The notes under the pieces are model-generated. The model searched no databases. It saw nothing but the letters and a program-made list of their open reading frames with translations, and was not told the origin of the DNA. The position numbers and the translations under genes were made by a program. From Centroscyllium fabricii (Eukaryota), in assembly GCA_051313645.2 (NCBI GenBank), contig JBNRSN020000029.1:10478001-10542000 (forward strand): 64,000 nt of DNA, given 5' to 3'. Every line of letters starts with the position of its first letter. Positions within the stretch are counted from its first letter, which is position 1. Positions 10,848-21,013 of this stretch are shown here, piece by piece.

Positions 10848-11987
10848 TGTGGTTTTACCTGTGTTGTATTGTGTGTACCGCACCCTTTTCCCATTCTGTG
10901 TATTGGCTCCGCCCCTGTCTGTAGTGGCTCCACCCCTGTCTGTAGTGGCTCCGCCCCTGTCTGTATTGGCTCCGCCCCTGTCTGTATTGGCTCCGCCCCT
11001 GTCTGTATTGGCTCCACCCCTGTCTGTATTGGCTCCGCCCCTGTCTGTATTGGTTCCACCCCTGTCTGTATTGGCTTGGCCCCTGTCTGTATTGGTTCCA
11101 CCCCTGTCTGTATTGGTTCCACCCCTGTCTGTATTGGCTTGGCCCCTGTCTGTATTGGCTCCGCCCCTGTCTGTATTGGTTCCACCCCTGTCTGTATTGG
11201 CTCCGCCCCTGTCTGTATTGGTTCCACCCCTGTCTGTATTGGTTCCACCCATGTCTGTATTGGTTCCACCCCTGTCTGTATTGGTTCCACCCCTGTCTGT
11301 ATTGGCTTGGCCCCTGTCTGTATTGGCTTGGCCCCTGTCTGTATTGGTTCCACCCCTGTCTGTATTGGTTCCACCCCTGTCTGTATTGGCTTGGCCCCTG
11401 TCTGTATTGGTTCCACCCCTGTCTGTATTGGTTCCACCCCTGTCTGTATTGGCTTGGCCCCTGTCTGTATTGGTTCCACCCCTGTCTGTATTGGTTCCAC
11501 CCCTGTCTGTATTGGCTTGGCCCCTGTCTGTATTGGTTCCACCCCTGTCTGTATTGGTTCCACCCCTGTCTGTATTGGCTTGGCCCCTGTCTGTATTGGT
11601 TCCACCCCTGTCTGTATTGGTTCCACCCCTGTCTGTATTGGCTCGGCCCCTGTCTGTATTGGCTCCGCCCCTGTCTGTATTGGTTCCACCCCTGTCTGTA
11701 TTGGCTTGGCCCCTGTCTGTATTGGTTCCACCCCTGTCTGTATTGGCTCGGCCCCTGTCTGTATTGGCTTGGCCCCTGTCTGTATTGGTTCCACCCCTGT
11801 CTGTATTGGCTCCGCCCCTGTCTGTATTGGCTCCGCCCCTGTCGTTTGTCACATAAAGGTCTCAGGAGCTGCATGAGACATTCTGCCAGAGAAACCCGAT
11901 GGGGAATGATGTGCAATGTTCTTAGCGATTAAAAGCCTACAGTTAAATCCTTTAACTTGTCATCTTTGAGTTGTTGATGGCACATCA
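10848..11987 (+). mobile_element. Solo LTR of the same Gypsy lineage with a minisatellite-expanded U3
   Basis: Starts TGTGGTT. Has CATAAAGGT (compare TATAAAGGT in LTR C) and CTTAGCGATTAAAAGCCTACAGTT, and ends TTGATGGCACATCA like the other LTRs. No clean TSD. Confidence 0.72.
10899..11843. repeat. 21-bp minisatellite, 45 copies (TGTATTGGYTCCRCCCCTGTC and variants)
   Basis: 945 bp of strict 21-bp periodicity. Main variants are CTCCGCCCC, TTCCACCCC and CTTGGCCCC. Confidence 0.97.
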
Positions 11988-12237
11988 ATGTGTGTGTGTG
12001 GGGCTCAATCTCACACTGGGTGTGATCAGGCTAACTCAGCACTAGGCCGGGGATGAAGCCTGGGCCTTTCCTGCCCTGTGTGTGAGGCTCAGTCCCACAC
12101 TGGGTGAGATCAGCTCATGCAGCAATAGTCCGGGACCGGAGCCTGGGCCTTTCCCACCCTGCAACAAGAAGCCAGCCTGAAATCACTAGCTTCCTGATTC
12201 CAGTTTACTTATTTTTGAAGGCACAAACCATTGCTTG

Positions 12238-12537
12238 TGTGGTAACCGTTGTATATACTGTAATTCCCACCATAATATTGTAACCAATATTATATGTATG
12301 TATAGCGGTCGGGTGCATGATGCAACTGTCCTGTGTTGCGACACTGTCGCGGGGTCAGGTCAGCCACACCTCTAACTCCTCCCCTCAGGTGAGTGCCTTA
12401 TAGGTGGGGACTGACCTGCCCCCATTCATTCTGTACCTGATGTTCGATCGGAGCGTAGCTCCATTGTAAGCTAATAAAAGCCTATAGTTAAGGTAACTAC
12501 TCGCCTTTAGTTTTATTAGATTATTGACGATACGTCA
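12238..12537 (+). mobile_element. Solo LTR (300 bp) related to LTRs A and B
   Basis: TGTGGTAACC...GATACGTCA, AATAAAAGCC signal, perfect 5-bp TSD GCTTG (12233-12237 and 12538-12542). Confidence 0.93.
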
Positions 12538-12832
12538 GCTTGGTTCATTCCGTGGCTGTGATTTGTTGATGTTTGATTAATATAATAGTTGAGACAATTG
12601 GGTGAAAGTGTGACACACACCTTACACATGCCATACTTTCAGGTGTGACACTTTAAGCTGTGACATGTTTAGCTGTTACTTATTACTTGTGACACTTTCA
12701 AGTGTGTTCAGGCATGACCAATTCGATTGTCTTGCTGTGACATTTTAAAGTGTGACAAATTAAGCGTGACAGTCTCATGTGTGACTCATTACACTCTGAC
12801 ATTGTCAGGGGGGCGATATTTTTTTTTAAATG

Positions 12833-13299
12833 AGAAAAGCTTGCATTTTTATAGCGCCTTTCCTGACCTCAAGATATCCTAAAGTTCCTCACAGCCAATG
12901 AAATACATTTTGAAGTGTAGTCACTGTTATAATGGAGGAAATGCGGTAACCAATTTGCGCACAGTAAGCTCCCATGAACAGCAAGATGATAATGACCAGA
13001 AAATTTGCTTTTTATGATGTTGATGGAGGGACAAATGTTGGCCCAGGACACCTGGGAGAATGCCGCTGCTCCTCTTCGAAATAGTGGCCATGGGATCTCT
13101 TCGTCCACCTCAGAGGACAGACAGGGCCTTGGTTTAACATCTCTTCCGAGAGACGGCACCTCTGACAGTGCAGCACTCCCTCAGCACTGCACTGGGCATG
13201 TCAGCTTGGATTTTTGTGTTCAAGTCTTTGGAGTGGGACTTGAACCCACAACCTTCTAACTCAGAGGCGAGGGTGCTACCCACTGAGCCACAGCGGACA
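12833..13299 (-). mobile_element. tRNA-derived SINE with a Deu-type central domain (SacSINE1/DeuSINE-like)
   Basis: Minus strand has A box TGGCTCAGTGG and B box GGTTCAAGTCC, followed by GAGATGTTAAACC...GATCCCATGGC..CTATTTCGAAGAGGAGCAG. Family assignment is from recall. Confidence 0.8.
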
Positions 13300-13623
13300 C
13301 TGCATGTGTGACACTGTCAGATGTGACATATTAAGGTGTGACTGTTATATCTGTACACTGGGTTACAGAGTTGCATTCGAGTACACAAAGTTATTGTTAG
13401 GTTATGTCTGAAATCTGTGATATGTACTCGATTGCTTTTGCCTGATTGTGATAGGTATTCAATTGCTTTGGTCTGTGAGTTAAGTCGGACACCATTAAAA
13501 TCTACTCGAGTTCAGTTTGAGAGTCTGCCATTGTCTTCACCGGGCAAACGCAACCGTGACACTTCTGTCTGACTATGTGCATATTTCTCGTAAATAGTGA
13601 CGGGCTGTGTGATTGTATTACAG

Positions 13624-13731
13624 GTGAACCAGTTTGGGGTTTATCGAGCGTTTATTAACAATTACCCGCTGGCAGTGGAGACGGCAGAAAAATGTGCTCA
13701 AAGCAAAGATCAGTTTAAACAAATAGCTCAG
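13624..13731 (+). CDS. Next coding exon of the BCR/ABR-family gene
   Basis: TTACAG acceptor, CAG|GTACAA donor, 108 bp, phase 0. VNQFGVYRAFINNYPLAVETAEKCAQSKDQFKQIAQ resembles BCR/ABR ASQLGVYRAFVDNY..A.E.AEKC.Q...QF..ISE and directly continues the previous exon. Confidence 0.9.
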
Positions 13732-13812
13732 GTACAATCTAAGACACTGATGGTGTGTCCTCTGCCTGCGATCTCTCTGTATCCTCTATCTGTGTACTCT
13801 GTCTGTATCCTC

Positions 13813-14110
13813 TGTGGTAAACCACTGTATATATGTATATAATCACCTGCATTGTGTATAACCTCTGCTGTACTGTACATAGCCCTTTCCACTGTGTATA
13901 GTTCACCTGTGTGTAGCTTGTCCGGGCATGCCCATGCTGACCCCGCCTGCGGCTCCTCCTCCTCGGACCCAGGTATAAAGGTAACTGCTTTCCCTCCCCC
14001 ATTCATTCTGGGATCGGTCGACTAGCATGGGTATGCTCATGTCTTAGTTAATAAAAGCCTACAGTTCACTACTCAACTTCTAGTCTTTTGAAGTTATTGA
14101 TTAGGCATCA
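13813..14110 (+). repeat. 5' LTR of element C (TATAAA about 13973, AATAAA 14050)
   Basis: TGTGGTAAACC...GCATCA. Differs from the 3' LTR by about 2 substitutions and a 9-nt indel. Confidence 0.95.
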
Positions 14111-14133
14111 ATTTTATTAACTAAGTTTTCATC

Positions 14134-17100
14134 ATGGAGCAAATGCTGAAACCCGCGACGTTGTAACTAGATCCCCAAGCGCCAGGTGCCTCTAACGTTT
14201 TTACGCACTGGTTCTCTTGCCTTGAGGCGTACCTTGAAGCCTCCGCTGCGATCATCCAGACAGACAGGGACAAACTGCGCCTCCTCAACGCCCAAGTGGG
14301 CCCTCAGGTGTACTCAATCATCGCGGACGCTACGTCCTACAACGAGGCGGTCAGAACTCTGAAGAGCCAGTATACCCGGACACCTAACGCGGTCTACGCC
14401 AGACACCTCCTGGCCACCCGAAAGCAGCAACCCGGGGAATCGAACGAGGAGTTCCTGCGAGCACTGAGGGTCCTCTGCTGGGCCTGCAATTGTGAAGCGC
14501 AATCAGCGGCCGTGCACGCCGAGACCCTCATCAGAGACGCCTACGTCGCCGGCCTCAGGTCAGACTACATCAGGCAGAGACTGTTAGAGAAGGATGGCCT
14601 GGACCTGCAGGTGCCGGTACAGCTTTCGAGCTCGCTGGACCTGGCTTCCCATAATATGGCCGCCTATAACCCTGACCACGTGGGCACATCGCTGCTGCCG
14701 CCATCTTGGACACAGCCGGCCGCACCGCGACTTACGGATGAGCTGACCGCGGCAACAATCTCGAAGGGCCCGAAATGCTACTTCTGCGGCCAGGCCCAGC
14801 ACCCCAGACGGAATTGCCCGGCAAGGGACGCGACCTGCTCCAAGTGCGGGAAGAAGGGCCAATACGCCAAGGTATGCAGAGCAGCAGCGCGATTGACCCC
14901 CAAACCCGGCAGCGCCGCGTGCGGCCCGTGGGGGCCGCCATCTTGGACACAGCCGGTCACGCCATCTTCAGCACAGCCCGCCGCGTGGGAGCCCGTGCCA
15001 TCTTGGACACAGCCAGCCGTGCCATCTTCAACACAGCCCGCCGCGTGGGGGCAGTGGGGGCCGCCATCTTGGGACCAGGCCCCAGACCCCTCCACCAACC
15101 CGACGGACCCGACTCTGGCCTCAATCACCCTCGACCAAGACAAGAGGCAACCGCTCCACAAATCGATGATGTCGGTGCAGGTGAATGGCCGCACTACAGA
15201 CTGCCTTTTCGACAGCGGGAGTACGGCGAGCTTTATACATCCAGACACGGTAAAGCGCTTCTGCCTAACAGCAACACCGGAAAGCCAAAAAATTTCAATG
15301 GCTTCGAGGTCCGAATCAGCGGACGTCTGCGGTCGCTGCGTAGTGACCCTGACAGTGCGGTGTGTAAACTTTGAACATTTTAAACTATTCGTGCTGCCGC
15401 AGCTCTGCGCTCCCCTGCTGCTGGGCCTCGATTTCCAGTGTCACCTCCAGAGCGTGACAATGGTGTACGGTGGGCCCCTTCCCCCGCTCACGATGAGCAA
15501 TCAGCGCTCCCCACAGTGCCCTCAGCGCACTATCTGTGGCCTCTCGACCCTTAAGATCGCCCCTCCCTTACTCTTCGCCAACCTCACCCGTATCTGGATA
15601 ATGTCACCAAGAGTAGGCGCTACAGTACCGGGGACAGAGACTTTATCAAGTCGGAGGTAAAACGGCTTCTGAGGGAAGGGGTCATCGAGGCTAGTAATAG
15701 CCCCTAGAGAGCCCAGGTAGTGGTTGTAAAGACCAGAGCCAAGCGCCGAATGGTCATTGACTGCAGTCAGATCATTAATCGGTTTACGCAACTGGACGCG
15801 TATCCCCTCCCCCGCATAGCGGACATGGTGAACCAGATCGCGCAGTGCCGGGTCTTTTCGACCATCGATTTAAAATCTGCGTATCACCAGCTCCCCATCC
15901 GCCCAGAAGACCGCCACTATACTGCCTTCGAGGTAGACGGCCGCCTCTAACACTTCCTTCGGGTTCCCTTTGGTGTCACCAACGGGGTCTCGGTCTTCCA
16001 ACGGGAGATGGACCGAATGGTGGATCAGTACGGACTGCGGGCCACTTTCCCGTATCTGGATAATGTCACCATCTGCGGCCACGATCAGCAAGACCATGAC
16101 ACCAACCTCCAGAAATTTCTCCACACCGCCAAAACCCTGAACCTGACCTATAACACAGACAAATGTGTATTCAGGACAACCTGCCTCGCCATCCTCGGCT
16201 GTGTTGTGTAGAATGGGGTCATCGGTCCCGACCCGGACTGCATACGCCCCCTCCTGGAGCTTCCCCTCCCCCACTGCCTCAAGGCCCTGAAAAGGTGCCT
16301 GGGCTTCTTTTCTTATTATGCCCAGTGGGTCCCCAACTACGCGGACAAGGCCCGCCCACTCATTAAATCGACCTCTTTTCCCCTGTCGGCAGAGGCCCGC
16401 ATGGACTTCAACAGCATCAAACAGGACATCGCAAAGGCCACGATGCACGCGGTGGACGAATCCATCCTGTTCCAGGTGGAGAGCGATGCGTCCGACTTCG
16501 CCCTGGCCGCCACCCCTAACCAGGCGGGCAGACCCGTGGCCTTCTTCTCACGCACCCTCCAGGGCCCCGAAGCCCAACACTCTTCCGTTGAGAAGGAGGC
16601 CTAGGCCATTGTGGAAGCAGTGCGACACTGGAGGCACTACCTGGCCGGTAAACAATTTACCCTGCTGACTGACCAACGCTCAGTCGTGTTTATGTTCAAC
16701 AACAAACAGCGGGGCAAAATCAAGAACGACAAGATATTGAGGTGGAGAATCGAACTCTCTGCCTTCAATTATGATATCTTGTACCGGCCCGGGAAACTCA
16801 ATGAGCCCTCAGATGCCCTGTCCCGCGGTACATGTGCCAGTGCACAAGTAGACCGTCTCCAGACCCTGCACAACGACCTCTATCACCCGGGGGTCACCAG
16901 TTACTTTCATTTCATCAAGTCCCGCAACCTCCCTTACTCCATCGAGGAGGTCAGGACCATGACCAAGAACTGCCGGGTCTGTGCAGAGTGCAAGCCGCAC
17001 TTCTTTCGGCCGGACCGGGCACACCTTATAAAGGCCACCCGCCCTTTTGAGCGACTCAGCGTCGACTTCAAAGGGCCCCTCCCCTCCTCTAACCGCAACG

Positions 17101-17615
17101 TGTACTTCCTCAATGTTATTGACGAGTACTCGCATTTCCCCTTCGCTATCCCCTGCCCGGACATGACCTCCTCCACGGTCATTAGGGCACTGCACAGCAT
17201 CTTCTCTCTGTTTGGGTACCCCAGCTACATCCATAGCAACCGGGGCACCTCTTTAATGAGCGATGAGCTGCGTCAGTTTCTGCTCGCCAAGGGCATCGCC
17301 ACGAGCAGGACTACCAGCTATAACCCCCGGGGGAACGGACAGGTGGAGAGGGAGAATGCCACCGTCTGGAAGGCCACCCTATTAGCCCTGCGGTCTAAGG
17401 GCCTCCCAGTCTCCCGCTGGCAGGACGTCCTCCCCGAGGCGCTCCACTCCATTCGGTCACTTCCTTGTACGGCCACTAACGCCACCCCTCACGAACGACT
17501 CTTTGCCTTCCCCAGGAAGTCGGCTTCAGGGACCTCGCTGTCGTCATGGCTATCGTCCCCAGGACCCGTCCTGCTCCGGAAGCACGTGAATATCCATAAG
17601 TCGGATCCCCTGGTC
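14134..17615 (+). pseudogene. Gag-pol of element C with several stops and frameshifts
   Basis: ATG at 14134, CYFCGQAQHPRRNC knuckle, LFDSGS protease, [22 protein letters not shown] and DDE integrase motifs. Confidence 0.92.
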
Positions 17616-18030
17616 ATAGAGTCATAGAGTCATAGAAAATAGGTGCAGGAGAAGACCATTGGGTCCGTCGAGCCCGCACCGCCATTCAATACGTTCATGG
17701 CTGAACACAAGGACACAAGAACAGAAGACACAAGAACACAGGAACACAAGAACACAAGAACCCCATAAATAGGAGCAGGAGTAGGCCAATCGGCCCCCCA
17801 AGCCCGCCCCCTCACCCATCAAGATCATTGCTGATCCTACCCTAACCTTCGTACCACTAACACCCTTCTCCCACCCAAAGAACCGTGTGATCTCCTGGGA
17901 GAGGCGAAAAACCGGATAAAAACCCAGGTCCAATTTGGGAAAAAAATCCGGGAAATTCCTCTCCGACCCCAATCCAGGCGATCGAAACTTGTCCAGGAGA
18001 TCACTCAGGTCTTACTATACTAACCATAAC

Positions 18031-20981
18031 TCAGGTCCACTTCCCTGCCCGCTCCCCGTAACCCCTAATTCCCTTGTCAGCTAAAAAACAGTCGATTTCG
18101 GTTTTAAATTTATTTAATGTTCCCGCTTCCACAGCTCCCTGAGGCAGTGAATTCCACAGATTAACCACCCTCTGGGTGAAGAAGTTTCTCCTCATCTCAG
18201 TTTTAAAAGAACCCCCCCTTATTCTAAGACTATGCCCCCTAGTTCTAGTCTCCCCGATCATTGGAAACATCCTTGGCGCATCCACCCGATCAAGGCCCCT
18301 CACGATCTTATACGTTTCAATAAGATCGCCTCTCATTCTTCTGAACTCTAAAGAGTAGAGTCCCAACCTACTTAACCTTTCCTCATATGTCAACCCCCTC
18401 ATCGCTGGAATTAACCGTGTAAACCTTCTCTGCACTGCCTCCAGGGCAAGTACATCCTTTCTTAAGTATGGACACCAAAACTGCACACAATATTCCAAAT
18501 GCGGTCTCACCAATACTGTGTACAGCTGCAGCAAGACCTCCCTGCTTTTATACTCTATCCCCCTAGCAATAAAGGCTAAGACTCCATTGGCCTTCCTAAT
18601 CACTTGCTGCACCTGCATACTAACTTTTTGTGATTCATGCACTAATACCCCCAGGTCTCTTTGCGTTGTATTACAATGCAGCTCCTCCCCATTTAGAAAA
18701 TAACTTGCCCTATGATTTTTTTTTCCAAAGTGTATAACTTCACATTTATCAGTATTAAATTTCATCTGCCAAATTGCTGCCCAATCACCTAGCTTATCTA
18801 TATCCTTTTGCAGGCTTTTTCTGTCCTCCTCACTCCCTGCTTTTCCTCCCATTTTTGTGTCATCTGCAAACTTTGATATATTACACTTGGTCCCCTCCTC
18901 CAAATCATTTATATAGATTGTAAACAGCTGGGGTCCCAGCACCGACCCCTGCGGAACACCGCTAGTCACCGATTGCCATCCCGAGTATGAACCATTTATC
19001 CCAACTCTCTGCTTCCTGCTTGAAAGCCAATCCTCTACCCATGCTAATATATTTCCCCCAATCCCATAATTTTTTATTTTATGCAATAGTCTCTTATGTG
19101 GCACCTTGTCAAAAGCCTTTTGGAAGTCCAAGTATACCACATCCACCGGTTCCCCTTTATCCACCCGAGATGTTACTTCCTCAAAGAATTCGAGCAAATT
19201 AGTTAAACATGACTTCCCCTTCGTAAAACCATGCTGACTCTGTCCGATTAAGTCATGTTTATCCAAGTGCCCCGTCAGTGTTTCTTTAATAATGGTCTCT
19301 AACATTTTACCCACCACAGATGTTAGACTAACCGGTCTATAGTTACCAGCCTTCTGTCTACTTCCCTTTTTAAATATAGGTGTTACATTAGCCATTTTCC
19401 AATCCACCGGGACCCTTCCTGACTCCAGGGAGTTTTGGAAAATTATCACCAATGCATCCACAATCCCCACCGCTATTTCTCTCAAGACCCTAGGATGTAA
19501 TCCATCAGGCCCAGGGGATTTATCCGCCTTAAGTCCCATTAATTTACCTAATACCATCTCCTTAGTGATCTTAATAGTGTTTAGCTCCTCCATTCCTATA
19601 GCCCCCTGTTTATCCAGCGTTGGAATATTTTTAATGTCTTCTACGGTAAAGACTGATACAAAATATTCATTTAATGCTTTTGCCATCTCCATGTTCCCCA
19701 CCAACAACTTCCCAGTCTCACCCTCCAATGGACCAACATTCACCTTAGCCACCCTTTTTCTTTTAATATAACTATAAAAACTCTTGCTATTAGTTTTTAT
19801 GTTTTTCGCTAAGTTACTTTCATAATCTATTTTCCCCTTCTTAATTAATCTCTTTGTTATTTTTTGCTGACTTTTAAATGCTTCCCAGTCTTCTGTCTTC
19901 CCACTGTATCTGGCTACCTTATATGCCCTCGCCTTTAGCCGAATACTATCCTTTATTACTTTACTTAGCCATGGTTGGCTGCTCTTTCCATTACCCCTTT
20001 TTTTCTTCAGTGGAATGTATTTTTCTTGAAGGTTGTACACTAACTCCTTAAAAGTACGCCACTGCTCATGTACCGTCTTATTCTTTAGTCCGTTATCCAA
20101 TCTACTTTAATCAGTTCTGTTCTCATACCTTCATAGTCTCCCTTGTTTAGACTAAGTACCCTGGTTTGAGTTTCAAATTGCTCCCCCTCTAGTTGAATAT
20201 GGAATTCAACCATATTGTGGTCACTCGTTCCAAGAGGGTCCCTAACTATGACATTTTTAATTAATCCTGCTTCATTACACAGGACCAGATCCAAGATTGC
20301 CTCCCCCCTTGTCGGTTCAGTGACATACTGTTCTAAGAACCCATCCCTAATACACTCTATAAACTGTTCCTCTAGTCTACCCTGCCCAGTCTGATTTGTC
20401 CAGTTGATATGAAAGTTAAAGTCCCCCATGATTACAGCAGTTCCCTTATTACATGCTTCAACTATTTGCTGATTTATGTTCTGACCAACAGAGTCACAAC
20501 TATTGGGAGGTCTATAGATTACACCCACTAGTGTTTTTTTCCCCTTATTATTCTCTATCTGTACCCAAGCTGTTTCACTATCCTGATCATTTGACCCAAT
20601 ATCCTTCCTTTCTATTGCAGTTATTCCATCCTTTATTAAAAAGGCCACCCCACCTCCTTTTCTTTCCTGTCTGTCTTTTCTGATTGTCAAGTAACCCTCT
20701 ATGTTTAACTCCCAGTCCTGATCACCTTGCAGCCATGTTTCTGTAATGGCCACAATATCATACCTATACGTGCTTAATTGTACCGTCAATTCATCTATCT
20801 TATTGCGAATACCACGTGCATTCAGATAAAGCACTTTCACATGTGTTTTACTACCCTTTATTTCTGTTTTTACTCCTTTTACGACTCTACCTTTATCTTC
20901 ATACATTCTGTATCCTCCTAGCACACTTTGATTTTCAGATTCCCCACTGAAACCCTGCTCTATTTCCTTTACCCCTGTCAT
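18031..20981 (-). CDS. CR1 ORF2 (APE endonuclease and RT), one frameshift near 20100
   Basis: YLNARG, ITETW, YRPP, MGDFN, SDHN endonuclease motifs. [27 protein letters not shown] motifs. Confidence 0.92.
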
Positions 20982-21013
20982 TATTATCTCTCTTGAATCC
21001 TCCCCCCCGCTAC

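Larger units (their letters stand above)
10715..12162 (-). repeat. Degenerate ~80-bp tandem units resembling a tRNA-SINE head, split by the solo LTR
   Basis: GGGTGAGATCAGGCTAACTCAGCACTAGGCC.GGGATGAAGCCTGG.CCTTTCCTGC.CTGTG recurs at about 10753, 12018 and 12102. A B-box-like segment lies on the - strand. Confidence 0.5.

Noticed and set aside
10899-11843. CRISPR-like regular repeat
   Set aside because: Head-to-tail units with no unique spacers, no cas genes, eukaryotic context.
10761-11916. Five ~320-360-aa repetitive ORFs on both strands
   Set aside because: Translation of a 21-bp stop-poor minisatellite in multiple frames.
13225-13299. tRNA gene
   Set aside because: The A and B boxes belong to the SINE head and run into the SINE body. 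No clean cloverleaf.
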